The notes under the pieces are model-generated. The model saw nothing but the letters and a program-made list of their open reading frames with translations. It did not search any database and was not told the origin of the DNA. This document shows, in pieces, positions 36,990 through 49,703 of a DNA stretch of 64,000 nucleotides. Numbering within the stretch: the first letter of the stretch is position 1; the number at the start of each line of letters is the position of its first letter. This DNA is from Mobula hypostoma. Its lineage: Eukaryota. The position numbers and the translations under genes are program-made. The stretch covers positions 2,544,001 through 2,608,000 of the forward strand of contig NC_086101.1 in assembly GCF_963921235.1 (NCBI RefSeq). The letters run 5' to 3'.

Positions 36990-39900
36990 CAAGTCAAGTC
37001 ACTTTTTATTGTCATTTCGACCATAACTGCTGGTACAGTACACAGTAAAAACGAGACAATGTTTTCCAGGACCATGGTGCGACATGAAACAATACAAAAA
37101 CTAAACTGAACTACGTAAAACAACACAAAACTACACTAGACTACAGACCGACCCAGGACTGCATAAAGTGCACAAAACAATGCAGGCATTACAATAAATA
37201 ATAAACAAGACAATAGGCACAGTAGAGGGCAGTAGGTTGGTGTCAGTCCAGGCTCTGGGTATTGAGGAGTCTGATGGCTTGGGGGAAGAAACTGTTACAT
37301 AGTCTGGTTGTGAGAGCCCGAATACTTCGGTGCCTTTTGCCAGATGGCAGGAGGGAGAAGAGTTTGTATAAGGGGTGCGTGGAGTCCTTCATAATGCTGT
37401 TTGCTTTACGGATGCAGCGTGTGGTGTAAATGTCTGTGATGGCGGGAAGAGAGACCCCGATGATCTTCTCAGCTGACCTCTCTATCCGCTGCAGGGTCTT
37501 GCGATCCGAGATGGTGCAATTTCCGAACCAGGCAGTGATGCAGCTGCTCAGGATGCTCTCGATACAACCTCTGTAGAATGTGGTGAGGATGGGGGGTAGG
37601 AGATGGACTTTTCTCAGCCTTCGCAGAAAGTAGAGACGCTGTTGGGCTTTCTTGGCTATGGAGCTGGTGTTGAGGGACCAGGTGAGATTCTCCACCAGGT
37701 GAACACCAAGAAATTTGGTGCTCTTAACGATCTCTACGGAGGAGTCGTCGATGTTCAGCGGAGAGTGATCGCACCGTGACCTCCTGAAGTCAACAACCAT
37801 CTCTTTTGTTTTAAGCAATACACATCAAAGTTGCTGGTGAACACAGCAGGCCAGGCAGCATCTCTAGGAAGAGGTACAGTCGACGTTTCAGGCCAAGACC
37901 CTTCATCAGGACTAACTGAAGGAAGAGTTAGAGATTTGAAAGAATCTCCTTTGTTCACATTCAGAGACAGGTTGTTGGCTCTGCACCAGTCCGTCAGCCG
38001 CTACACCTCCTCTCTGTATGCTGACTCATCGTTCTTGCTGATGAGACCCACCACAGTCATGTCATCGCGAACTTGGTGACGTGGTTCGAGCTGTGTGTTG
38101 CAGCACAGTCATGGGTCAGCAGAGTGAACAGCAGTGGACTGAGCACACAGCCCTGGGGGGGCCCCGTGCTCAGTGTGATGGCGTTGGAGATGCTGCTTCC
38201 AATCCGGACTGACTGAGGTCTCCCAGTCAGGAAGTCTAGGATCCAGTTGCAGAGGGAGGTGTTCAGGCCCAGTAGGCTCAGCTTTCCAATCAGTTTCTGA
38301 GGAATGATTGTGTTGAATGCTGAACTGAAGTTTATGAACAGCATTCGAACGTACGTGTCTTTTTTGTCCAGGTGGGTTAGGGCCTGGTGGAGGGTGATAG
38401 CAATGGTGTCGTCTGTTGAACGGTTGGGACGGTACGTGAACTGCAGGGGATCCAGTGAGGAGGGCAGCAGGGTCTTGATGTGTCTCATGACGAGCCTCTC
38501 GAAACACTTCATGATGATGGATGTGAGTGCAATGGGACGGTAGTCATTGAGACAGGACACTGAAGACTTCTTTGGCACGGGGACGATGGTGGTGGCCTTG
38601 AAGCACGTAGGAACAATGGCGCTGCTCAGGGAGATGTTGAAGATGTCAGTGAGAATCTCAGCTAGCTGGTCTGCACATCCTCTGAGCACTCTGCCAGGAA
38701 TATTGTCCGGTCCAGCAGCCTTCCCTGGGTTGACCCCGCACAGGGTTCTCCTCACATCGGCCACGGTCAGACACAGCACCTGGTCATTTGGAGGAGGGGT
38801 GGTCTTCCTCGCCGCCGTGTCATTTTCCACCTCAAACCGAGCGTAGAAGTTGATCAACGCATCTGGGAGGGAGGCATCAGCAGCACAGGGAGGTGGTGTT
38901 GTCCTGTAGTTGGTGATGTCCTGAACGCCCTTCCACATGCGCCGCGTGTTGCCGCCGTCCTGGAAGTGGCTGTGGATTCGCTGGGCGTGTGCACGCTTTG
39001 CCTCTCTGATGTCCCGGGACAGTTTGGCCCTCGCTGTTGTTAGGGCTGCCTTGTCGCCGGCTCTGAAGGCGGAGTCACGGGACCCCAGCAGTGTACACAC
39101 CTCCACGGTCATCCATGGCTTCTGGTTAGCGCGTGTAGTGATGGTCTTGGTCACGGTGATGTCATCGATGCACTTGCTGATGTAGCCAGTCACTGATGCC
39201 GTGTACTCCCTTAAGTCAGAGTCATACTTTACTGATCCCGGGGGAAATTGGTTTTCGTTACAGTTGCACCATAAATAATAAATAGTAATAGAACCATAAA
39301 TAGTTAAATAGTAATATGTAAATTATGAAATAAGTCCAGGACCAGCCTATTGGCTCAGGGTGTCTGACCCTCCAAGGGAGGAGTTGTAAAGTTTGATGGC
39401 CACAGGCAGGAATGACTTCCTATGACGCTCTGTGTTGCATCTCGGTGGAATGAGTCTCTGGCTGAATGTACTCCTGTGCCCACCCAGTACATTATGTAGT
39501 GGATGGGAGACATTGTCCAAGATGGCATGCAACTTAGACAGCATCCTCTTTTCAGACACCACCGTCAGAGAGTCCAGTTCCATCCCCACAACATCACTGG
39601 CCTTACGAATGAGTTTGTTGATTCTGTTGGTGTCTGCTACCCTCAGCCTGCTGCCCCAGCACACAACAGCAAACATGATAGCACTGGCCACCACAGACTC
39701 GTAGAACATCCTCAGCGTCGTCAGGTAGATGTTAAAGGACCTCAGTCTCCACAGGAAATACAGATGGCTCTGACCCTTCTTGTAGACAGCCTCAGTGTTC
39801 TTTGACCAGTCCAGTTTATTGTCAATTCGTATCCCTAGGTATTTGTAATCCTCCACCATGTCCACACTGACCCCCTGGATGGAAACAGGGGTTACCAGTG

Positions 39901-40650
39901 CCTTAGCCCTCCTCAGGTCTACCACCAGCTCCGTAGTCTTTTTCACATTAAGCTGCAGATAATTCTGCTCACACCATGTGACAAAGTTTCCTACCGTAGC
40001 CCTGTACTCAGCCTCATCTCCCTTGCTGATGCATCCAACTATGGCAGAGTCATCCGAAAACTTCTGAAGATGACAAGACTCTGTGCAGTAGTTGAAGTCC
40101 GAAGTAGTTGAAGTTGGTAGAGTCGCCATCGGTTGCAGCCTCCCTGAACATGTGCCAGTCAGTGTGCTCAAAGCAGTCTTGAAGAGCAGACAACACACAT
40201 CAAAGTTGCTGGTGAACGCAGCAGGCCAGGCAGCATCTCCAGGAAGAGGCACAGTTGATGTTTCGGGCCGAGACCCTTCGTCAGGACTAACTGAAGGAAG
40301 AGTGAGTAAGAGAAGGCTGGCCAGGTTTTCACCTGCTTCTGAACTGGTCTGGAGCGTCTGACGAGCGGTCTGTATGCTGGGATTAGCGTAACAGAGATGA
40401 GGTCTGAGTAACCGAGGTGGGTGTGGGGCTCCGCCCGGTACACGTCGGGAATGTTTGTGTAAACAAGGTCCAACGCGTTCTCCCCTCTCATTGCAAAGTC
40501 CACGTTCTGATGGAATCTGGGGAGCACTGACTTAAGGTTCGCGTGGTTAAAATCTCCGGTGACAAGAAACAGTCCATTAGAGTGTGTGTTCTGCAGTTCG
40601 CTGATAGCCCCATACAGTTCACAGAGTGCTGGGGGAAATGTAGACACCGA
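36990..40650 (-). mobile_element. Rex1/Babar-type LINE (endonuclease end plus RT) with nested insertions
   Basis: ORFs 40168-40647 (GDFNHANL), 38057-39193 ([32 protein letters not shown]) and 37243-37818; (GACTT)n tail. Interrupted by a second Rex-type fragment (about 39214-40105) and two Penelope pLTR pieces (37811-37943 and about 40191-40312). Confidence 0.9.
37877..37913 (-). ncRNA. Hammerhead ribozyme motif in a 133-bp Penelope pLTR insertion
   Basis: The minus strand reads AGTC-CTGATGA-AGGG TCTTGG CCT-GAAA-CGTC-GACTG. Confidence 0.72.
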
Positions 40651-41686
40651 CTACAAGGACAGTGAATACAGGCCGAGAGCCATCAAACACTCTTCATCTG
40701 ACAAACCATTAAATCCTGGAATCATTTTTGTGAACCTCCTTTGAACCCTCTCCAGTTTCAGCACATCCTTTCCAAGATAAGGGCCCCAAAACTGGTCACA
40801 ATACTCCAAGTGAGGCCTGGCCAGTGCTTTATAAAGTCTCAACATTACAGTGTTGTTTTTATATTCTGGTCGTATGGAAATGAATGCTAACATTGTATTT
40901 GCCTTCCTCACCACTGACGCAACCTGTAAATTAACCTTCAGGGAATCCTGCACAAGGACTTCCAAGTCCCTCTGCATCTCAGTTTTTTGTATTTTCACTC
41001 CATTTAGGAAATAATCAGCCATTTTATTTGCTCTAGCAAAGTGCACAACCTTAAACTTCCCAACGCTCTATTCCACCTCCAAGTCTGTCTAAGATCCGTT
41101 GCCTCTTTACTTGGTCGGAAACCGGTATAGATAGGTTAGGTGGAAGCAGGCCGAGGTGTGGGAGGGTATAACTTGATGTCATGGGGTAAGGGTGAGGGGT
41201 GAAGAGTTTAAAGGGACCACGAGGGGAAACTTCACTCAGAGGGTCATGAGCGTATGGAACGTGGTGCATGCGAGCTCGATTTCAACATCGAAGAGAAATT
41301 TGGATGAGTACGTGGGTGGGAGGGACATGGAGGGCTCGGATCAACAGGAACTGGCAGATTAAACGGTTCAGCAAGGAATAGGTGGGCCAAGGGGCTTGTT
41401 TCTGTGCTTCTGACTATGATAGACAGGGTGGTGTGAGAGGGAGGGGCTGGTGCCAGAGCTCTGTCTGCGACCCCCCCCTCGCGGCCCTCCCCGTCCCCGC
41501 GACCCCTCCGACACCCACATTCCTTCCTGTCTCCGTGCCTGTTACTGGAGAGGGATGTAGGGCCTGTGCTGCTGGAATGATGTTGGGGGTGGGGAGGCGG
41601 CCATGCTGGAAACCTGAGGGCCCGTTGCTGGGTGAAATGTGACCAGGCTGAGTGAGTGTCTCTCTCTCTCTCTCTCTCGCCTATAG

Positions 41687-43253
41687 CCCGACCGAGGCAG
41701 ACGGACCGTACAATGGGGAGACGGACTGTCCGGAGCTGCTTCACACAGCCTGTCCACTGCCGAGAGACGGAGACGAAGCTGCTGGGATTGGGCCCACTCC
41801 CGAGCCTCTCGAGGAGCAGGGGTTTGGTCCTGGGGCTGGCCTTGCTGCCGGCCCCACACCGGGGACCCCAGTTTCTCCTGTGATCAGATGCACAGTGGAG
41901 GATGGCGCGGAGCCTAAACCTGAGTTTGGGACCAGCCCCCTCGCTGGGAATCTGGTGCAGGATGGGGTCAGGCCTGCTAATGGGCCTGGTGTTGTGACTG
42001 GCTCTGGTCCCACGTCAGGCATCCTGGTTGAGCTTGGACCTGGGCTAGGCCCCACACAGTTGATCCTGCTGGAGGCTGCCCAGCCGCCTCCCCCGGGCTT
42101 CGGCCTGATTGGTGGGGGTCCCGGTATTCTGGCCCCGCAGATCATGGGCCCCCGTAGGAGGGGAAGGGGCCTTCGCAACAGCTTCACCATTCTTGAGAGG
42201 TCCCAGGCTTTGGCCTCCCCAGAGACCAGGGGCCTGCCGGTCATCACCTGGGGTGGGGGCGCTTATGGGGATCCCAGTGGCTGGGCAGAGCCTGGTCAGG
42301 GAGCTCAGGGGGATCCCATTCTCGGGGGCGAGTCTGGTGAGGAGGGAGACTCGACTTACCAAGGGGCAGTGCCAGACCAAGAGGCATGTCAAGATCCCAC
42401 TTATGGAGCAGAGGCTGGCCGAGAGGCAGAGGGAGATCTCGCAGAGTCGCAGGCTGGCCGGGAGCCCGAGGGAGACCCCACAGATGCACAGGAAGATCCC
42501 TGCAGTGGCTGTGATTCTGGTCAGGGGAGGCCGGTCTGCCGGCGACTGACGTATGTTATAAAGTCGCGTGGGGAAGAGAAAGAGACCCGGTCCCTGAGGG
42601 AGGGAGAGTCCCAGGGTGAGGTGAAGCAGCCCTGGCCTCTGGAGGAGGCAGAGGGCCAAGGTGAGGTGGTGCCTCGAGGGGAGGGGGAAGCAGAGGCCCC
42701 TCCGCAGGCTGACGGTCCCAAGTTGACCAGCTTTGCAGAGCAGAAGCAGCTGAGGGAGCGGAGGCCCAGGTGGGGGCCGCAGGCGGTTCCGCGGCGGTCC
42801 ATGGGCTCGCGGCCGTGCCCGGAGTGGGCCCAGGTGCGGCGGGGGCTGGAGCTGAAGCAGGAGGAGATCCGGGCCCGACTGGAGGCCCGCGAGGCTCGGC
42901 TGGGCCGTCGCTGGCAAAGCCTGGGCCGCAGGGCCTACTGCCGCCTGCTGAAGCTGACGGGGCGTGGTGCTGAGGCTGAGGCCCAGGCCCAGGCCAAGCC
43001 TGAAGCCTGGGATAACTCCCTGGCAGCCGCCCAGGCCCAGCTCCAGGAACTCGGGCTGCAGGACGGCCGCAGTGAGTGGGCAGGGAGGGGGAGGGTCCGG
43101 GGGGCGGAACCGGCCCCAGAGGCAGGGAGGGTGAGCGGGGACTGGGCCCCAGGGGAGGCAGCAACAGCAAGTCACTGCAGAGCAGAGAAGAACCTCAGCG
43201 CTGTGGCACGGAAACTTCTGCGGAGCGGTGGACAGGAGAGTGAGAGGCCAAAG
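41687..43253 (+). CDS. CAMSAP: CAMSAP-family gene, large coding exon (low-complexity region plus CC1/CC2-like coiled coils)
   Basis: (CT)n tract plus TATAG| acceptor; AAG|GTGAGG donor. LTSFAEQK and VRRGLELKQEEIRARLEAREARLGRRWQSLGRRAYCRLLK resemble the CAMSAP MTSFAE and CC1 segments. Family only; the paralog is not assigned. Confidence 0.8.
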
Positions 43254-43639
43254 GTGAGGGCTGGCGGCTGGGGAACAGGGCTGCTGTGTTTGAACTGGTT
43301 GGGGGGTGGGATGGTGGAATGCCAGGGGTAGACAGTATCCTGGTGGGGTGGGGAGTGGGTTGGGGGGTGGGATGGTGTGTTCCAGAGACAGGCCCTCCTG
43401 GTGGGGAGTGGGTTGTCCTATCCCTGAGAGGTTAGGGAGGAATTGGGGGCAGGTATTAACCCAGAGAGCAGTTTACTCTATAGCAGGTCTGGTGTCCACA
43501 GACCCCCTCAGCTGATGGTAGGGGATCCACGGCATAAAAGTTAGTCGGGTTCTGGCTCTGTCCTCAGAGTAGAGCACAAAGAGCCCCTTCAGACCACCTT
43601 AACGTTGTTAATCCTGGTGCCCCTTCATTTACCCATGTT

Positions 43640-44640
43640 AGACCATAAAACATAGGAGCCCAATTGGGCCATTCTGCCCATCGAGTCTGCTCCATCATGG
43701 CTGGTTTATTGTCCCCCTCAACCCCGTTCTCCTGCCTGCTCCTCGTAACCTTGGACACCCTGACCAGTCAAGAATCTGTCAACCTCCACTCTAAATATCC
43801 CCATTGCCTTGGCCTCCACAGTCATCCACGGCAACGAATTCCTCAGGTTCACAACCTTCTGGCAAAAGAAATCCCTCCTTATCTCTGTTCAAATTGGATG
43901 TCCCTCTGTTCTGAGGCTGTGCCCTCTGGTCCTAGACTCCCCCACTATAGGAAACATCCTCTCCACATCCACTCTATCTGTGTCCTCTGGTCCTCGACTC
44001 CCCCACTATAGGAAACATCCTCTCCACATCCACTCTATCTGTGTCCTCTGGTCCTAGACTCCCCGACTATAGGAAACATCCTCTCCACATCCACTCTATC
44101 TGTGTCCTCTGGTCCTAGACTCCTCCACTATAGGGAACATCCTCTCCACATCCACTCTATCTGTGTCCTCTGGTCCTAGACTTCCCCACTATAGGAAACA
44201 TCCTCTCCACATCCACTCTATCTGTGCCCTCTGGTCTTAGACTCCCCCACTATAGGAAACATCCTCTCCACATCCACTCTATCTGTGCCGTCTGGTCTTA
44301 GACTCCCCCACTATAGGAAACATCCTCTCCACATCCACTCTATCCAGATCTTTCAATATTCAACAGGTTCTGGTGAGATCACTGCTTGTTCTTCTGAACT
44401 CCGGTGAGTACAGCCCCAGACCATCAAATGCTCCTCGTACATGAACTGTTTCATTCCTGAATCATTCTTGTGACTCTCCTCTGAACGCTCTCCAGTGCCA
44501 TCTCTCCTTTACTACAGAAATGGTGGAAAGCTGCTCACAGTACTGTCGGTGAGGTCTTTATAAAGCCTCAGTGTTACATCCTTGCTTACTCTAGTGCTCT
44601 CAAAATGAAAACTAATATTGCATTTGCCTTTCCCACCAGA
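43640..44640 (-). mobile_element. CR1 3' fragment containing a 61-bp tandem expansion (about 7 copies, 43919-44345)
   Basis: GTGTCCTCTGGTCCTAGACTCCCCCACTATAGGAAACATCCTCTCCACATCCACTCTATCT repeated. Confidence 0.88.
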
Positions 44641-44999
44641 GTTTGGCGCCTGTCTCCCTCCAAACCGTCCCATCTCTGTACCTGTTATTGTCCAGTCTCT
44701 TCCAGCTCCTCTGGCAGCTTGTTCTAGGTAGCCAGCTGGACCTCCTCTCAATGTCCCCCATCCCACCCTAACCCCCCGGCGCTTAGCGTTTAGTTACAGA
44801 TACAGAATGGAACTCGCCCTTCTGGCCAGCAACCCACCTCTTTACAGGAGAATTTACAATAACCAATTAACTTTCTGACGGGTACGTCGCGGGAGGAAAG
44901 CAGATCACCTGGAAGAAACCCATGTGGCCATGGGGAGAACGTACTAGCTTTCTTCCAAAGTGGTGGCAGTCGCTCTTGGGTGTAATATTTTGTCCGTGT

Positions 45000-47900
45000 C
45001 CTGTAGGTCTGGCATCGGACAACGCTGCTGGCTATTAAATACAGTGAGCGCGGTGATTCCACCCTGCCGGTGAACTCCGCAGCCTGGGCTGATTGCGCTC
45101 GCCACTGCCCGCTTCAGACCTTCGTCAGCAAGGACACTGAAAAGGGAAAACTGCAGAGAATGTGGGAACGTCTTAGCTGGAAGCCGGTCAGGCCGACTCT
45201 CCCCTCGTTCCTGCTGGCGAATGTCCTGCACTCCCTGCGCCTCGGACCGAACCAGTGAGAGAAAATCACCTGCACGCTCATTCTCACGGCATCAAGGCCT
45301 CTTGACGCGGCCGTCCAGCGCATTTCGGGCTGACAGGAATCGGCGATCTCAGGCGATGGCGGTATCTATCCGTATAATTAAGAGTCCCATTGTTCACCGA
45401 GTTTATGTTTGGTGAAGTGCAGACCGTTTATATACCGAGGGAGTTTGCTACAATTGTGCTGGACGCTGTATGTGTCCCTCTGCTAATGCCGGAGCTCAGA
45501 GTGAGCTCCACAGCACCACCTGTGACTTTCAAACAAAGCAGCCCAATGCTGTTTTCTTTATTGCAGGTGACTCTAACCATGCCACCTGAAGACCAGCTTC
45601 CAGAGGTGATAATACACGAGACCTGGTTTACACTAACATGCCAGGTGTCGGTCCCGTGACCTTACATCGGACTCGCAGATCACTCATCCGTAATGTTAAT
45701 TCCAGCGTGCAAACCAGTGGTCAAACGGGTGGTGGAAACCAGGCCTGAGGGTGAACAGGACAGCTTTCATCACAGTAACTGGAGAACGTTCAGCAGTCTG
45801 CTACCCATGGCAGCCACGTTAATGTCGACGGGTATGTGGGTTCAGTGACCAGGTACACAGAGGTGAACAGACGATGTCACATCGGGGTGAGGGCAAATCA
45901 GAAGCCATGGCTTGCCGCAGACACTCGTGCCAGGCTGCGGGATCGTGATGCTGCTTTCAGATCGGGAGATGCGATACCTGTCAGGAAAACAAGCACTGTG
46001 TTTTCCCACTCCCCAGGAGGGCGAACTGGGAGCATTCTCAGACAGCTGGTTCGGGGCCCAGTAATATACCATGCCAGGTTCTGACCAGCTGACGGACGTC
46101 TCTCTGGAACAGTCCGCTGTCCCCCTCGGTTTTCAAGGCGGCAACCATCACTCCACTGCCAAAGGTGAAAGTAACTTGCCTAAACGTCCGGTGGCGTTAA
46201 CGTCAACCATTATGAACTGTTCTCAGCGGCTGATCATGGAGCACGTTAAATCCTTTTTCCCAGCTACACCGAACCCTTCCCAGTTGGCTTATCACTCGGG
46301 ATGATGCAGTAGCGCTGCCCTGTCCCACGTGGAACACGGGGTCCCTTATGCCAGGCTGCTGTTGATCAATTTCAGTGCGGCGTTTAACAGCATCATACCC
46401 CAGAAACCGGTGGGGGAAATGTCCTGGCTGGGTATCAAACCTCCTGCAATTGGATCCTGGATTTCTTCACAGTAAGGCCACAGTCAGTCCGTGTGGGCAG
46501 CGACCTCTCTCGTCCCGTTACACCGAGCACTGACGCTCCCCAGGGGTGTGTACTCAGCCCGCCGCTGTTCACACTGCTGACGTGTGGCGGTGTCGCGGGA
46601 TCCAGATCAAACCGTGTCATCGAGTTTACGGGTGACACAGCAGTGGTTGCCCTCACCAACAACGATGACGAGACGGAGTACAGGGACGAGGCAGACCCGC
46701 TGGTGGATTGGTGTGAGAAGAACAACCTGAGCCTGAACGTGCAGAAGACAAAGGAGATCACCGTGGACTTCAGGACGGTGCAGACAAACCATCCCTCTCT
46801 GAGAATACATGGCTCCTCCAGAGAGAGAGTTAATGCACCAAGTTCCTGGGAGTTCACATCACGGATGACCTCACCCGGTCCGTCCACATCACCTCCCTGA
46901 ACAAGAAGACACAGCAGTGCCTCCACTTCCTGAGGAGATCGAGGCATTGGATGGGAAGCCCCCACAAAAGACTGTGAGAGGATCACAGGGGACATTTATC
47001 AGGAGCACTGCGTATGCAGAGCCCTTAAGGCCAATTCATACCTGTGTGTCAAATTGATGCTGTACATATGGCATAGCCGTGTTCCCTACGCCGTAGTCTG
47101 ACGCGCAGCTCCCCAAAAACGCAACTATGCGTCACCGCAACACAGACCGAACAACTGTGATTGGTCCGCTTGGTAGCATCGCATTTCCTCCTGCGCTGCA
47201 ATAGCTTCCCATTGGGCAACTGAAGGGCAGGGAAGGAACTCTGGCTGAAATGCTTTCCATAAAGCTTTACAGACCTCCGAAATTATGGAGGATCCTGTGC
47301 TTGACGCCAGTTTGTAGCTAGCTGCTACAGCCTGTTGACTTTCACCTGAAGCTAAAACTCGAATGGTGATTGCCAGTCTCTGAGTATACTGTGTGTACAC
47401 TGATGCGAAGTAAATGGTTGGAGACGATGAACCAAATCGTCAAATCTACCTGCCGACATCCGAAAATGTTTGAAATGCATTTCCTCGTCCATGTCTCTCA
47501 GTGGCCGGACAAGCACAGAAAATTCACCCTCCTTCAGTTTGCAGTTTGAGTTTCTTCGTGTTGAGTTTCAACACAGTGGCATAGAAACCCCACCGCCAAC
47601 TAGCGTTTTGGTGGTGAATTGCAAAGTGACGCAGACACACCAACGCACAAGTATAAATGCTCACAACAGCGTAGCCCACTTGCGTAGGCTGCCGCGTAAG
47701 TTAGTACACACAAGTATAAATCAGCCTTTAGTATCATTAATGATCCCACCCACCCATCCATCCAGCATCCTCTTTGACTTTCGACTATCAGGCAGGAGAC
47801 TCCGATGCATAAAAACAAGAAGGGTCAGGATGGGAAACAATTTGTTCCTTCAGGCCATTAGGTTTCTGCGTATCGTATTCAAAGTGTCACTGGTTAATCT

Positions 47901-48120
47901 GTTCCGTGCCTTACAGTAATTAATATTAATGCCCTTTAGTTTGTTATTTAAGTGTGATTCATCTGTAGATTTTATTCTTACCTTCATAAATTATTGTGTG
48001 TTATGTGTACTACTGTGTGTTGCACCCTGGTTTGGAGAAATGTTGTCTTGTTTCTGTATACGTTATGTGTTTCTATACGTTATATACATGTACGTAGTTA
48101 AATGCCAATGAACTTGAGAC
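45000..48120 (+). mobile_element. Old Rex1/Babar-type LINE remnant
   Basis: [36 protein letters not shown] and [14 protein letters not shown] peptides. Confidence 0.82.
47028..47727 (-). mobile_element. Non-autonomous PIF/Harbinger DNA transposon (700 bp)
   Basis: Imperfect TIRs AGGCCAATTCATACCTGTGTGT and ACACACAAGTATAAATCAGCCT; TTA TSD at 47025-47027 and 47728-47730; internal transposase piece [14 protein letters not shown]...[10 protein letters not shown]. Confidence 0.85.
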
Positions 48121-48549
48121 CGAGGACACCAGGATTGAACTACGAACTCTGATGTTTGTGGTAACTGTTAGGCGACTGTGGCTTAATGGACGATGTTATG
48201 TGAAACGTTGATGGTTTATTCCCTTAGATGCTGCCTGACCTGCTGAATTCTCCTGCATTTTCTGTGCGCTGCTCTGAATTTCCCACGTCATCTGGTGTTC
48301 CTGTCTCCCTCTTTGCATTTGCAACTTTCTTAGTTGCCTCCTGAAAATATTCAGTAGGCGGGACGTCCCCTGCACAAAATGATAAGACACAAGGGCAGAA
48401 TGAGACCATTCAGACGTTAAGTCTGCTCTGCCCCATCATTATGTCTGAATTATTATTCCTCTCAACCCCATTCTCCTTCCTTCTCACTGTAAGCTTCGAT
48501 GCCCCGACTAATCAACCTCTGCGTTAAATATCCCCAGTGACTTGACCTT

Positions 48550-48745
48550 GCCGGCCGGTGGTATGAAGGTGACTGCCCCAGACTTGGAGAGGAGTGGTTC
48601 TGGGTTCGAATCCGGCTGGCTCCTCACACACTTTCCATTCCTGCTGGGTTGAGCATTGCACTGGTGACTCGGCCTCAAAAAACAATGACAAATCTGGAGA
48701 GATGGCAAAGCGGCCAACCGATGTGTCACGGGAACAGCAATAACT
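48550..48745 (+). mobile_element. tRNA-derived SINE inside a CR1 fragment
   Basis: B-box GGTTCGAATCC at 48603; interrupts CR1 3' sequence. Confidence 0.6.
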
Positions 48746-48994
48746 CGGCCTCCATGGCAATGAATTCCACAGACTTGCCACCCTCTGACTAAAGAGATTC
48801 CTCCTCATCTCTGTTCTAAATGGACGTTCCCTCAATTCTGAGGCTGTGTCCTCTGGTCCTAAACTCCCCCACCATAGGAAACATCCTCTCTTTACCCAGA
48901 CCATCAAATGTTCAATAGATTTCAGTGACATCCCCTCACTCTTCTAAGCCCCCGCAAGTACAGGCCCAGAGTCCTCAAAAACTCCTCGTACATT

Positions 48995-49302
48995 TTGTTT
49001 TAGGCATCCGTTAGTCTCGTGAGACCATGGATTTGCGCCTTGGAAGGTTTCCAGGGTACAGGCCTGGGCAAGGTTGTATGGAAGACCGGCAGTTGCCCAT
49101 GCTGCAAGTCTCCCCTCTCCACACCACCGACGTTGTCCAAGGGAGGGGCATTAGGACCCATACAGCTTGGCACCGGTGTTGTCACAGAGCAATGTGTGAT
49201 TAAGTGCCTTGCTCAAGGACACACACGCTGCCTCAGCCAAGTCTCGAACTCACGACCTTCAGATCACTAGATGAACGCCTTAACCACTTGGCCAAGCACC
49301 AA
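48995..49302 (-). mobile_element. tRNA-derived SINE inside a CR1 fragment
   Basis: Minus-strand A-box TGGCCAAGTGG, B-box GAGTTCGAGAC and TGTCCTTGAGCAAGGCACTTAA core; approximate TSD CCTCGTAYATT. Confidence 0.7.
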
Positions 49303-49593
49303 CCTCGTATATTAACCCTTTCATTACTGGAATCATTCTCGTGCACCCTGCCTGATGCCAGCACACCTCCCCCTTAAGATAAGGGGCCAAAAACTGCTCA
49401 CAATATGCCCAAGTTCAGTCTAACCCATGCCTTGCCAAAAAAAAACTCTTAAATACTTCTGCCTTTTTCGGGCTTATTGTGCAGTGTGTAGAGGGTTTCC
49501 CCGTGGCGTGGGCCATTCAGTGTCATCGATATGGGAGGGGCGGCATCTCTAGGTTGGAGGGTGTGACTTGGCCTCCACTGTCTCCCTCTACAG

Positions 49594-49703
49594 GCGGATC
49601 CTCCAGACTGGCTGGGACCCTCGACCCTTGACCCCAGCGGTGACCGTAGTCTCCGGACTGGCCAGCAGGAGGCGACGCCGAGGCAGAGACGTGGGGAGGG
49701 CCG
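49594..49703 (+). CDS. CAMSAP: CAMSAP-family gene, internal exon (phase 0 to 2)
   Basis: TCTCCCTCTACAG| acceptor and CG|GTGAGT donor; open frame ADPPDWLGPS...RGEG that bridges the phases of both flanking exons. Confidence 0.72.

Noticed and set aside
41652..41686. GTG start of the 559-aa ORF, or a 35-nt intron (GTGAGT...TAG)
   Set aside because: The (CT)n tract is better explained as the polypyrimidine tract of the 41687 acceptor, and 35 nt is too short for a typical vertebrate intron.
42045..43175. 376-aa and 204-aa antisense ORFs
   Set aside because: Shadows of the GC-rich CAMSAP-like exon, with no recognisable motifs.
48550..48620. tRNA gene
   Set aside because: B-box only, with no cloverleaf; it is the head of a SINE, like the other B-box hits.
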